A stretch of 64,000 nt of DNA from NCBI GenBank assembly GCA_964450605.1, contig CAYVEK010000003.1, forward strand, positions 32,778-96,777, written 5' to 3'. The stretch is from an uncultured Candidatus Saccharibacteria bacterium (lineage in GTDB: Bacteria; Patescibacteriota; Minisyncoccia; Phycocordibacterales; CAIZLB01). Shown here one piece after another: positions 29,231-38,498 of the stretch. Each line of letters starts with the position of its first letter. The stretch's first letter is position 1. Below the pieces are notes generated by a model that ran no database searches, had not been told where the DNA came from, and saw only the letters and a list, made by a program, of their open reading frames with translations. The position numbers and the translations under genes were made by a program.

Positions 29231-29968
29231 TTAGATTATACGACTACAACCAACTATAGCAGCAGTCTCTGCACGTAAAACGTACTTACCTAAACTTATA
29301 GGGAGTACGTTTTCGTTTACAAACAATTGAACCTCTTTATCAGTCCAACCACCTTCTGGCCCTATAAACAACGCACAACTTTTAGCTGATTCTGGATGAT
29401 TCATACTTGCGTCATTTATATGTCCAAAGAAAACCTGATCCGCATACAGTTTGGCCTGAGCAATAGCATCGTGTAAGACGATTACATCTCCCCCTATTTT
29501 CATCATATCAATTCTTCCCGACTGCTCTGTTGCTTCCTTTATAATTTTCTTAAGTCTATCTGTATTTATACCTGTCTTTATGGTTCGCTCTGTTACAACT
29601 GGTATTATTTCAGTAATACCCAACTCTGTCGCCTTTTCTACAACTAGATCAAAGTTACTATTTTTAATAACAGACATATATAAGATTTTTCTTGGTCGAT
29701 ACGTGTCTTTTGGTGGCTCTATCTTTACCTGTTGTATTTTCTCAAAGACCACCTTACCCTTTTTCATGTCTTTTATGGACACCTGCCACTCTCCGACATC
29801 TTCGTTAAAGACATGTACTATATCCCCCGTTTTGTACCTGAGTACTTTACTTAACTGATGATGAAGTTCTCCATCATGAACAGTTGAATCAAGGACACTA
29901 AAGTCTTTTACATAAAATCTATGGGTCTTCATGGTCAGAATTATACTACCTATAGGCCTAAAGTACAA
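29231..29968 (-). CDS. rsmE: 16S rRNA (uracil1498-N3)-methyltransferase RsmE.
   Basis: LFIGPEGGWTDKE and LG..VLRAETAAIVG SPOUT motifs, with an N-terminal PUA-like domain. Confidence 0.85.
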   Translation of the reverse strand: MYFRPIGSIILTMKTHRFYVKDFSVLDSTVHDGELHHQLSKVLRYKTGDIVHVFNEDVGEWQVSIKDMKKGKVVFEKIQQVKIEPPKDTYRPRKILYMSVIKNSNFDLVVEKATELGITEIIPVVTERTIKTGINTDRLKKIIKEATEQSGRIDMMKIGGDVIVLHDAIAQAKLYADQVFFGHINDASMNHPESAKSCALFIGPEGGWTDKEVQLFVNENVLPISLGKYVLRAETAAIVGCSRII

Positions 29969-29998
29969 AAACTTGCATAGTCTGTTATAATAGCTGTC

Positions 29999-30571
29999 AT
30001 GCTAATACCAACAGTAATTGAAAAAAGCCCTATGGGCGAAAGAGCTTATGATATATATTCTAGGCTCTTAAAGGAAAATATTGTCTTTTTAAATGGACAA
30101 GTTAATCAAGATAGTGCGAATATTATTATCGCTCAACTTCTTTTCCTGGCCTCAGAAAACCCTAAAAAGGACATAAAACTGTATATAAACTCCCCTGGAG
30201 GATCTGTTGTGGATGGTTTGGCTATCATAGATACCATGAACCATATACCTAATAACGTTTCAACAATAGTTGTTGGCATGGCAGCTTCTATGGGTGCCCA
30301 CATATTGGCAGCAGGAACAAAAGGAAAACGCTTTGCTCTTCCCAGCTCAGAAGTTATGATACACCAACCGCTTGGAGGGTTTGAAGGACAAGCAACTGAC
30401 ATAGAGATTCACGCTCGACGCATGTTAGAAATCAAAAAAGCTTTAGCCAAGATGCTTTCACAAAATACAGGACAACCCTTAGAGAAAATTGAGAAAGAGC
30501 TCGAAAGAGACTACTTCATGTCAGCTCAGGAGGCTAAAAAGTACGGTATTATTGACAAAGTACTTAGTTAG
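29999..30571 (+). CDS. clpP: ATP-dependent Clp protease proteolytic subunit.
   Basis: [13 protein letters not shown]...[24 protein letters not shown] (catalytic Ser) and MIHQPLGG (catalytic His). Confidence 0.95.
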   Translation: MLIPTVIEKSPMGERAYDIYSRLLKENIVFLNGQVNQDSANIIIAQLLFLASENPKKDIKLYINSPGGSVVDGLAIIDTMNHIPNNVSTIVVGMAASMGAHILAAGTKGKRFALPSSEVMIHQPLGGFEGQATDIEIHARRMLEIKKALAKMLSQNTGQPLEKIEKELERDYFMSAQEAKKYGIIDKVLS

Positions 30572-30599
30572 TTGTGTATATAAAACTATCAAAAAACCC

Positions 30600-30628
30600 T
30601 TGCAAAATATAGTTTTTTCGCATAAAAT
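30600..30628 (+). promoter_or_regulatory. Sigma-70-like promoter for hup.
   Basis: TTGCAA, a 17-nt spacer, then TAAAAT, about 60 nt upstream of the hup ATG. Confidence 0.5.
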
Positions 30629-30690
30629 ATGAACATTACTTCGGTAATACAAGTTTTGATTATTTACAAATAATTTAAAAATAAAAAACT

Positions 30691-30963
30691 ATGAACAAAG
30701 CAGCCTTAGTTGATAAAGTAAACGACCTTCTTGGTACAACAAAAGTACAAGCTGAAGCAGTTGTTGATCTTATTGTAGATAGTATTATCTCTACTCTTAA
30801 AAAAGGAGAGGAAGTTTCTATCGCAGGTCTTGGTATTTTCTCAGTAAAAACTCGAGCAGCCCGAATGGCCCGAAACCCTAAGACAGGAGCAAGTGTTAAA
30901 GTTCCTGCAACAAATGTGCCTAAATTCCGAGCAGCAAAAGCATTTAAAGATGCTGTAAAATAG
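30691..30963 (+). CDS. hup: DNA-binding protein HU.
   Basis: MNKAALVDKV...GLGIFSVKTRAARMARNPKTGASVKVPA...KFRAAKAFKDAV. Confidence 0.9.
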   Translation: MNKAALVDKVNDLLGTTKVQAEAVVDLIVDSIISTLKKGEEVSIAGLGIFSVKTRAARMARNPKTGASVKVPATNVPKFRAAKAFKDAVK

Positions 30964-30987
30964 TAGACATCCTACTACCGCACAACG

Positions 30988-31023
30988 CAAAAACCTCTCA
31001 ACATTCCGTTGAGAGGTTTTTGC
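30988..31023 (+). terminator. Rho-independent terminator after hup.
   Basis: aaaacctctcaac-attcc-gttgagaggtttttg. Confidence 0.8.
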
Positions 31024-31060
31024 TTATATGTATTTAAAGAACAATCGTAACAGTATAATG

Positions 31061-31131
31061 TGCGGGATAAGAGAATCGAACTCTTGTCTACTGCTTGGAA
31101 GGCAGTCATTCTACCACTAAACCAATCCCGC
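31061..31131 (-). tRNA. tRNA-Gly (anticodon UCC).
   Basis: Hand-folded: acceptor GCGGGAT/ATCCCGC, D-arm GTTT-AGTGGTA-GAAT, anticodon stem ACTGC/GCAGT with loop CTTCCAA, T-arm AAGAG-TTCGATT-CTCTT. No encoded CCA. Confidence 0.85.
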
Positions 31132-31169
31132 TTTCTTATTTCAAATCTGGTATAATACTAGCAAAATAT

Positions 31170-32237
31170 ATGCAAATACTCAAGCAGATAAAAGAACATA
31201 TTATAGCCACAGCACTTATACTTATCTGTCTATTTTTTGTATCTTTTATTGCCTCATCGGAGAGGTTTAGAACAAGCCTAAGTACAAATCTTGCAGCAGT
31301 TATTAATAGCAACAAAAAAGGCCAGGGCACCATAGAAGATTATGTATTAAACATATTTTGTACAGAGAGATACAAGACTTACATCAAAGCAGTGAGTGGA
31401 AGTGGAGTTTTTTTATCTGACCCTGACGAAAATACAGGTATTATCCTTACAAACGCCCATGTTGCGAGACATTTGCTCGATGGAAAGAAAAAGTGTGTAG
31501 GCAGAACAGGAAGTCCTGCAGTAACCACTCATAATCTTGTTCTGAGATATATACCGAGCTACTGGCTGGATGAACATAATCAGTATGTTATAGGAGATCC
31601 TGACAAAAGCTCTACTGGAGAATTTGACTTTGCACTTATAGAAGTTAAACGTATAAAAGAAAAAACCGCTTCAAATACAAATATTTACTCAACATTCAGG
31701 CAGAAGCTTCAGGTAAAAGTTAATGACTATAAGCCTAATTATTTTGCAAATATAGATCACTATATCTACTCTTACCCCGCCCAAAAAACACTTTCAGTAT
31801 CTATATACTCCCCTTTGTACAGAAAAAAGGATCGCGTTGAGATCGGTGATATATTCCAAAGTCCTACTCTCAGAACAGAAAACAGTTTACTAGATGCTAT
31901 AGGTTCATCAAATGTAGACCATGGTTCATCAGGAGGTATGATGTTGGCTGTTGATACTTCTTTTTCTTTGGTTGGACTATCAAGTATTTTGATACATGAA
32001 AATAGCCCACAAACGGTCAGAATCGTTACTATGAGACATGTATTTGATGTATTACAAAATGAACTAAAAAACTCTACAGCGCCACAAATAGAAGGCTTTA
32101 AACCGATAATTGCAGATATATTAACAAAAACAAAGATAGACAAAGATATTTACTCAGTATTAAAGAATCAAAAGTTAACAAGTGTACTTGAGAAAAATAC
32201 TCGAGACACACTAGTTAAACTAAACATAATCAAATAA
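31170..32237 (+). CDS. Membrane-anchored trypsin-like (S1 family) serine protease.
   Basis: Catalytic triad in order: ILTNAHV (His), DFALIEV (Asp), GSSGGMM (GxSGG Ser), with an N-terminal TM helix. The start was moved from 31095 to the internal Met at 31170, because 31095 overlaps tRNA-Gly. Confidence 0.7.
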   Translation: MQILKQIKEHIIATALILICLFFVSFIASSERFRTSLSTNLAAVINSNKKGQGTIEDYVLNIFCTERYKTYIKAVSGSGVFLSDPDENTGIILTNAHVARHLLDGKKKCVGRTGSPAVTTHNLVLRYIPSYWLDEHNQYVIGDPDKSSTGEFDFALIEVKRIKEKTASNTNIYSTFRQKLQVKVNDYKPNYFANIDHYIYSYPAQKTLSVSIYSPLYRKKDRVEIGDIFQSPTLRTENSLLDAIGSSNVDHGSSGGMMLAVDTSFSLVGLSSILIHENSPQTVRIVTMRHVFDVLQNELKNSTAPQIEGFKPIIADILTKTKIDKDIYSVLKNQKLTSVLEKNTRDTLVKLNIIK

Positions 32238-32250
32238 TATGAGATGAAAA

Positions 32251-32326
32251 TGGTCGGAGCGCTGGGATTCGAACCCAGAGTCACATCAGCCCAAGTGATG
32301 CATGTTAGCCGTTACACCACGCCCCG
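32251..32326 (-). tRNA. tRNA-Pro (anticodon UGG), with CCA encoded.
   Basis: Hand-folded: acceptor CGGGGCG/CGCTCCG (one G-U pair), anticodon stem CATCA/TGATG with loop CTTGGGC, T-arm CTGGG-TTCGAAT-CCCAG, 3' ACCA. Confidence 0.8.
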
Positions 32327-32354
32327 TTCTGAGAACAATACTACCACAACACCC

Positions 32355-32855
32355 TCAGATTAACAAATTTATATTTTGATAATATTTATGTAGTTTAAAG
32401 CTTTTTTCGGGTTTTTCAGATACCCCTACTCCAAGCCGATCAGAATCTACCACTTTTATAACTATTACTAAATCGATATGGAGATTAAAAAACAGCTTTT
32501 CTGAACAATCTCTTTGAAGCTGTTCAACCAGAAGACTGACAGCACCTGGTCCAAAACGTATGTATTTTGATATCTTGTTTTTTAAACCCAGTGTCTGAAG
32601 GCTTACATACTCATATTCACCAGATCGTATATCACGTGTTTTGACCTCTATAAGTCTTATATCTACCTTGTCCTTATGGATCTTATAGACAATAAGGTCT
32701 ATCTCATACCCCAATCCTTTTACATTTGTTGCAAAAACTTCAAAACCTCTAGATTTCATAAAGTCCAATACAAACAACTCTCCCTTGGTTCCGAGAGTTT
32801 TGTCGGTCAACACCTCCTTTGTATTTGGACGCATATAAGACTTATCCATACCCAA
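32355..32855 (-). CDS. yraN: UPF0102 (YraN) family endonuclease-like protein.
   Basis: GELFVLDFMKSRGFEVFATNVKGLGYEIDLIVYK...IEVKTRD. The true start may be an internal Met. Confidence 0.7.
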   Translation of the reverse strand: MGMDKSYMRPNTKEVLTDKTLGTKGELFVLDFMKSRGFEVFATNVKGLGYEIDLIVYKIHKDKVDIRLIEVKTRDIRSGEYEYVSLQTLGLKNKISKYIRFGPGAVSLLVEQLQRDCSEKLFFNLHIDLVIVIKVVDSDRLGVGVSEKPEKSFKLHKYYQNINLLI

Positions 32856-33050
32856 ATACTAGCAATACAGTGTTAAAGATTATCCAAAGAATTTATAAAG
32901 AATCTATAAAATACTTATAAAATAAGATTAAAAATCTCTATCTCATAGATAAAATCTATAAGTCGTGCTAAATAATGTCTTTTATACACATATCCCCAAA
33001 GTTATCCACATTTTGTCTTATATATCCACCCATCTGTCTCAAAACAATTG

Positions 33051-33121
33051 TGCGGATAGAGAGAATCGAACTCTCGTCTCATCCTTGGCAAGGACGTATT
33101 CTACCACTAAACCATATCCGC
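33051..33121 (-). tRNA. tRNA-Gly (anticodon GCC).
   Basis: Hand-folded: acceptor GCGGATA/TATCCGC, anticodon stem CGTCC/GGATG with loop TTGCCAA, T-arm GAGAG-TTCGATT-CTCTC. Confidence 0.85.
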
Positions 33122-33139
33122 TTTGTCTTTTTGTCTTTG

Positions 33140-33211
33140 TGCACCCACCAGGACTCGAACCCAGAACAACGGTTCCGAAGACCGATGTGATATCCATTTC
33201 ACCATGGGTGC
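33140..33211 (-). tRNA. tRNA-Arg (anticodon UCG).
   Basis: Hand-folded: acceptor GCACCCA/TGGGTGC, D-arm GTGA/TCAC, anticodon loop CTTCGGA, T-loop TTCGAGT. Confidence 0.75.
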
Positions 33212-33223
33212 TTTCAATTTTAC

Positions 33224-34744
33224 TTGAAAAGTATTATATTTCAAATAACTTGTACATCTATGCTATCACCAATCTCTCAAAAAAACAAATCTTTGTCAAC
33301 CTTTGCTTATCCTGAGGAGGTTTTGACTATAATCAAAAAACTCTCAGACAACGGTTTTCAAGCGTTTCTTGTTGGTGGTTGTGTAAGAGACATATTGATG
33401 AATAAGACACCTAAGGATTGGGATATATGCACTTCAGCAACCCCAGATAAAATACAGACCCTATTCCCCGACTCTTTCTATGAAAATGATTTCGGAACCG
33501 TTGGTATCAAATCAGAACTTGGAGTTATAGAGGTAACGCCTTTTAGAACTGAGGGTGAATATAAAGATGGTCGTAGACCTGAGAGTGTTTCATTCGGAAC
33601 ATCTATACAAGAAGACCTTCAGAGACGAGATTTTACTATGAACGCTATAGCACTAAACCCTGTGTCACATGAAACTATTGATCCTTTTGGTGGCGAAAAA
33701 GACATAAAAGACAAGATTATACGGGCTGTAGGCGCCCCAAAAGACCGCTTTTCTGAGGATGGACTGCGTATCATGAGATTATTCAGATTTGCATCTCAGC
33801 TTGATTTTTCTATAGATTACGAAACGCTACAAGCCGCAATAGAGACCAGAGATATACTCTCTCGCATATCAAAAGAGCGCATACGTGACGAATTTACAAA
33901 ATTACTCATGTCTCATAACCCTTCTATAGGTTTTATGTATATGGACAAGACTGATACACTGTCTTTTATAAGTCCCTATATAGCAGAAGCAGTTGGTGTA
34001 GAACAAAATGGCATGCACGCATACCATGTCTTTGAACACCTTGTACGCAGTTTACAGCACGCAGCAGACAAAAACATGTCTTTAGAGCTTCGTTTATCTG
34101 CCCTACTCCATGACATAGGAAAACCGGCTACACGAAAATGGTCTAAAGAAAAAAAGGACTACACTTTCTATGGACATGAGGTTGTTGGAGCAAAGATGAC
34201 TAAAAAGATCTTGACCGATCTAAAGTTTTCACATGAAACAGTTGAGGTGGTTTCAAAATTGGTGCGTTGGCACATGTTTTTTTCAGATACCGAACAAATA
34301 ACCCACTCTGCTGTGAGAAGAATGATATCAAATGTTGGTAAAGAGCATATTTGGGATCTTATAAACCTGCGTATGTGTGACCGTATAGGTACAGGTAGAC
34401 CAAAAGAAGATCCATATAGATTAAGAAAATACATGTCTCTTATAGAAGAAGTCATGGCTGATCCTACTGATGTATCTATGTTGAAGATAAACGGAAACGA
34501 CATTATATCTGAGTTACATGTGAAACCAGGGCCAATGCTCGGTAAAATACTACATATTCTTTTGGATATGTGTCTAGAAAACCCGAAACTAAATAATAAA
34601 GAATCTCTTTTAGCTGAGGCTAAAAACATACTAACAAAAACAGAAGAAGAGATAGATACCCTATATTTGAAAGCATTACAAACAAAACAGGAAGAAAACG
34701 AAGAGAAAATAAGAAAAATCAGACAAAACTACAAGGTTTCTTAA
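33224..34744 (+). CDS. cca: CCA-adding tRNA nucleotidyltransferase with an HD domain.
   Basis: Pol-beta head FLVGGCVRDILMN...DWDI and RDFTMNAIAL, then the HD domain LSALLHDIGKPAT. The start may be the internal Met at 33263. Confidence 0.88.
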   Translation: MKSIIFQITCTSMLSPISQKNKSLSTFAYPEEVLTIIKKLSDNGFQAFLVGGCVRDILMNKTPKDWDICTSATPDKIQTLFPDSFYENDFGTVGIKSELGVIEVTPFRTEGEYKDGRRPESVSFGTSIQEDLQRRDFTMNAIALNPVSHETIDPFGGEKDIKDKIIRAVGAPKDRFSEDGLRIMRLFRFASQLDFSIDYETLQAAIETRDILSRISKERIRDEFTKLLMSHNPSIGFMYMDKTDTLSFISPYIAEAVGVEQNGMHAYHVFEHLVRSLQHAADKNMSLELRLSALLHDIGKPATRKWSKEKKDYTFYGHEVVGAKMTKKILTDLKFSHETVEVVSKLVRWHMFFSDTEQITHSAVRRMISNVGKEHIWDLINLRMCDRIGTGRPKEDPYRLRKYMSLIEEVMADPTDVSMLKINGNDIISELHVKPGPMLGKILHILLDMCLENPKLNNKESLLAEAKNILTKTEEEIDTLYLKALQTKQEENEEKIRKIRQNYKVS

Positions 34745-34794
34745 AACTACCATGTTTCAGGTGTAACCAAACTCCCCTATATTTTTACTAGAAA

Positions 34795-35601
34795 CTATAT
34801 TTTTATAGTCAAAAGAACCGGACAATGGTCTGACCCAAACATGTACTCGAGTATATCGACTCTATATTTTGAAGGATCTATTACATTAGATGAGTAAAAA
34901 GAATCTATTCTCCAACCAATATTCCTATCCCTACTTCTTGTTTTCATGTCCCACCAGGTGTATTTAACAGTCTCAGGATGTTTCACTCGAAACATATCGA
35001 CAAAACCTTTTTCATGCAAAACATTCAATTTTTCTCTTTCTTCAGGCAAAAAACCTACATTTTTTTCATTTTCTTTAGGCCGAGCAAGATCTATGGGGGT
35101 ATGAGCTATGTTCAAATCTCCAAAAAATACAATTTTTTTACCCAGCTTTTTGGTTATATGTGAACAAAACCTTGTAAACTCATCATAAAAACGGAGTTTA
35201 TACTCCAATCGATGCTTTTCTCCTCCTCCATTTGGAAAATAACAATTTATCAACACGAAACTGTCTAATTCTATACACACCATCCGACCCTCCGTACGAA
35301 GTGTTTCGTATGAAACGTCTATTTCTATCAAATCCGACTTTATCTCATTAGAAACAAACAAAACCGTTCCACTGTAACCTTTTCGTTCTTTTGCTGAATT
35401 ATGATAAACAGTGTAACCTTCAGGGAAAAAGTCTCCCGAAAGCTCCAAATATGTAGCTTTAGTCTCCTGAAACCCTATAATATCAAGCTTTGTTGGATTA
35501 CTACCCTCTTCCAATTGTATTCCAACTTCAAACAAAGGCTTCAAAAGACCTTTTTTATGAAGTGATCTTATTCCATTTACATTCCAAGACAATATTTTCA
35601 T
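34795..35601 (-). CDS. xth: Exodeoxyribonuclease III / AP endonuclease.
   Basis: MKILSWNVNGIR, FQETK, GDLNIAH, WRIDSF and SDHCPV. Confidence 0.92.
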   Translation of the reverse strand: MKILSWNVNGIRSLHKKGLLKPLFEVGIQLEEGSNPTKLDIIGFQETKATYLELSGDFFPEGYTVYHNSAKERKGYSGTVLFVSNEIKSDLIEIDVSYETLRTEGRMVCIELDSFVLINCYFPNGGGEKHRLEYKLRFYDEFTRFCSHITKKLGKKIVFFGDLNIAHTPIDLARPKENEKNVGFLPEEREKLNVLHEKGFVDMFRVKHPETVKYTWWDMKTRSRDRNIGWRIDSFYSSNVIDPSKYRVDILEYMFGSDHCPVLLTIKI

Positions 35602-35604
35602 ATA

Positions 35605-36558
35605 TTATTTATTAGGTTTCTTATGAAACTGTTGGTGCACTTTTTTTAGATGAGAATCGGTAACATGAGTATATATTTGTGTTGTGGATATACTAGCATG
35701 TCCAAGCATGGCCTGAACAGATCGTATATCTGCCCCATTTTGTAACAAGGTTGTGGCAAAACTGTGCCTTAGTATATGGGGAGTTATTTTCTTAGATATT
35801 CCTGCTTGTATGGCATATTTCTTAACAATTCTTTCTACACTTCTCGGTGTCACATGAAACAGTTTGTCTGAAACAACTGAATCAGCCTTATTTTGTAAGG
35901 CTTTTTTGTAATTTTCCACAACACTTAACGTCTCTGGGGTCAAAAACACCACCCTAACCTTTCCACCCTTTCCTCGTATTGAAAATTCAAGGTTTTTCAT
36001 ATCTATATCAACATCCAATGAACAGAGCTCTGACACACGGAGCCCTGTTGTAAACAACAATTCGAGGATAGCTTTATCCCTTAAAATCATTAATTTACTT
36101 GATTTTTCAAGGTTTTTTTCAGGTTGGGCAAGTAGATTCGCAAGTTCTGACCCGTTCATGAAAGAAACATGTCTCTCAGCAACCTTTGCCAGTTCAACTG
36201 TTTCTGGTGAAACCACTTTTTTGCCTATCATACCTAAGTATTTAAGAAAGGCTCTAATAGCAATAAGATAGTAGTTCTGCGTCTTTTTAGACAAAAATTC
36301 ATTTTCAGCCTTATTTTGCTTGATTTTTTGCCTATTTAGATACAGGCGATAGTCTCTTATGGCCTGTCTATCTATGTCCTTTATGTCTTTTATACCTACA
36401 GTCTTTAAGTATGCACTAAAATGGACTAGATACCTGTTGTAGTTTTCTATTGTCTTTAAACTGCGACCTTTCTCAATTTCAACATATTCTAAGAAATCAA
36501 AGATAAATGAATCTATTTCTGTTCTATTTTCACGCTTTTTAGGTTCATTTTGTTGCAT
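35605..36558 (-). CDS. xerD: Tyrosine recombinase XerC/XerD.
   Basis: LFTTGLRVSELCSLDV, IRGKGGKVRVV and HILRHSFATTLLQNGADIRSVQAMLGHASISTTQIYTHV (the R..H-R-Y catalytic motifs). Confidence 0.88.
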   Translation of the reverse strand: MQQNEPKKRENRTEIDSFIFDFLEYVEIEKGRSLKTIENYNRYLVHFSAYLKTVGIKDIKDIDRQAIRDYRLYLNRQKIKQNKAENEFLSKKTQNYYLIAIRAFLKYLGMIGKKVVSPETVELAKVAERHVSFMNGSELANLLAQPEKNLEKSSKLMILRDKAILELLFTTGLRVSELCSLDVDIDMKNLEFSIRGKGGKVRVVFLTPETLSVVENYKKALQNKADSVVSDKLFHVTPRSVERIVKKYAIQAGISKKITPHILRHSFATTLLQNGADIRSVQAMLGHASISTTQIYTHVTDSHLKKVHQQFHKKPNK

Positions 36559-36587
36559 ATTTATCCTTTATGTGCTAATATAATAGC

Positions 36588-36851
36588 ATGTTATCTAAAA
36601 ATAAAAAAACAAAGATCATCTCTAAAACAAAGATCCACGCAACAGATACTGGTTCTCCTGAAGTACAGGTTGCCGTATTAACAGCACGAATAGACGATCT
36701 TGCAGGTCATCTTAAAACACACAAAAAAGACAACCACTCTCGACGAGGTCTATTGAAACTTGTTTCAAAAAGACAAGCTCATATGAAATATCTACAGAGA
36801 AAAAGTCCTGAGCGATATGCTTCAGCACTTGCAACAGTTAAATCAAAATAA
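36588..36851 (+). CDS. rpsO: 30S ribosomal protein S15.
   Basis: [43 protein letters not shown]. Confidence 0.9.
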   Translation: MLSKNKKTKIISKTKIHATDTGSPEVQVAVLTARIDDLAGHLKTHKKDNHSRRGLLKLVSKRQAHMKYLQRKSPERYASALATVKSK

Positions 36852-36875
36852 TTTTTTCAAACAGTTATTCTAACA

Positions 36876-36911
36876 AAAAGTCTTACACCTAGGTAAGACT
36901 TTTTGTTTTTA
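36876..36911 (+). terminator. Rho-independent terminator after rpsO.
   Basis: agtcttac-acctag-gtaagac hairpin followed by ttttgttttt. Confidence 0.75.
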
Positions 36912-36934
36912 TGGATATGCTATAATTCATACAT

Positions 36935-37507
36935 ATGGATATAATTCAAAAAGAAAATGTAAAACACCTGGGACAGAGAGTTGGTATACTCATAGACACA
37001 CAAAATCTCTACCACGGTGCAAAAAATCTACACAGAGCACGGGTAAATTTCCAAAACATTGTAACAGATGCAACAGCAGGAAGAGATCTTATACGAGCAA
37101 TAGCATATGTTATAAACACAGACTCGGAAGAAGAAAAAAACTTCTTTGATGCGCTAGAGAAAGTTGGAATAGAGACAAAAATAAAAGATATACAGATATT
37201 TAGTGGGGGATCAATGAAGGCTGATTGGGATGTTGGAATTGCAATAGACGCAGTACGATTGGCACCGAAGCTTGATGTTTTGGTTATTGCCTCAGGTGAC
37301 GGAGATTTTGCACACCTTGTTGAATATTTACAAGGAACATTTGGTTGCAGGGTAGAAGTGGCCGCGTTTGGACAATCAACGTCACAAATCATAAAAGAGA
37401 AAGTTGATAGCTTTATGGATCTATCAGAAAACCCATCAAGATACTTAATATTTTCTGGTAATAAAAAAAGGGGGAAGAGAAGATTTCCAAATATAAACAA
37501 CAAATAA
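36935..37507 (+). CDS. NYN-domain (LabA-like) protein, predicted RNase.
   Basis: VGILIDTQNLYHGAK ... DWDVGIAIDAV ... VIASGDGDFAHLV matches the NYN/LabA PIN-like motifs. Confidence 0.78.
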   Translation: MDIIQKENVKHLGQRVGILIDTQNLYHGAKNLHRARVNFQNIVTDATAGRDLIRAIAYVINTDSEEEKNFFDALEKVGIETKIKDIQIFSGGSMKADWDVGIAIDAVRLAPKLDVLVIASGDGDFAHLVEYLQGTFGCRVEVAAFGQSTSQIIKEKVDSFMDLSENPSRYLIFSGNKKRGKRRFPNINNK

Positions 37508-37508
37508 C

Positions 37509-38453
37509 ATGGCAGGGGAGAATCAGGAAAACCAAAATAATACATTCAAGAAACCATCCATACATACTTTGGAAGGTGATTTAATGAATGCTGTTAAAGA
37601 TGAGAACTATTCCAGTAATATAGTAAAAATAGCCGCCAATGCCAGAACCCAAGCAAGCACCGAAGAGGAGACAGCATTTAAAGGGAGCGATAAAAGCTTT
37701 CTGAAAAAGATCTTTTTAATAATCGGGGGAGTTATAGTTGTATCAATTGCTGTATTGTTTTTTGTATTATACGGAGGAAAGACAACACCTAAAGCAACCA
37801 ATACTGATACAGACCCTGTACCCGCAACCACAAGCTCAAGCACACCTCAGACAATACAAAGAAAAACTTTAATAGAAGCCGAGGCTGTCTTGCAAACAGA
37901 TCTAAATAATTTTGATAAGATTGAATCTGTTGAAAAAATAAAAAATATACAAAACCAACTTAGAGATAGAAATATTAATGAAAAAGCAACCGTTGAAATA
38001 GACACAAAGTTAAGTACTGTAGATTTTTTTCTAAAAAATAGATTTTCTGGGGAAGAGCGATTGCTCGAATCTCTTGGTTCAGCCTACACTTTTGGTTTAT
38101 ACAATAACTCAAACGATGTATTTGAAACATTTATTCTAGTAAAAGTTAGTTCTTTTGATACAGCTTTTACATCAATGATAAACTGGGAGCCTTACATGAG
38201 ATACGATTTGCAAGACATGTTTAATGACTATACTGCTAGTTCAACTGAAAATATCTCTTATTCTTCACCATCTGGATCAGTGTTTAAAGATCGTCTCTTA
38301 AAAAATACTGATACCCGCGTTGATGCTGATCAAGATGGCTCAATACATCTCGTATATGGTTTTATAAATAAAGAATATCTACTTATAACCAGTGGAACAG
38401 AATCTTTTTTAAGTGTTAGAGATCGGCTTTTAAACAAAAATACTTTAAGATAA
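37509..38453 (+). CDS. Hypothetical single-pass membrane protein.
   Basis: One TM helix (IFLIIGGVIVVSIAVLFFVLYG), then a Thr/Ser-rich linker and a domain of about 200 aa. No motif was recognised. Confidence 0.5.
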   Translation: MAGENQENQNNTFKKPSIHTLEGDLMNAVKDENYSSNIVKIAANARTQASTEEETAFKGSDKSFLKKIFLIIGGVIVVSIAVLFFVLYGGKTTPKATNTDTDPVPATTSSSTPQTIQRKTLIEAEAVLQTDLNNFDKIESVEKIKNIQNQLRDRNINEKATVEIDTKLSTVDFFLKNRFSGEERLLESLGSAYTFGLYNNSNDVFETFILVKVSSFDTAFTSMINWEPYMRYDLQDMFNDYTASSTENISYSSPSGSVFKDRLLKNTDTRVDADQDGSIHLVYGFINKEYLLITSGTESFLSVRDRLLNKNTLR

Positions 38454-38498
38454 ATTTATCTTTTCTTTTGAAGAACTTTATGTACTGCGTAGTATATT

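Noticed and set aside
31095-31169. The 5' extension of the serine protease ORF starting at 31095.
   Set aside because: It overlaps tRNA-Gly(UCC) at 31061-31131. The internal Met at 31170 (MQILKQ...), followed by a TM helix, is the more plausible start.
32965-33315. ORFs 32965-33315 and 32975-33190 on the plus strand.
   Set aside because: They lie across the tRNA-Gly(GCC) and tRNA-Arg genes and the cca start. The translations have no protein-like character.
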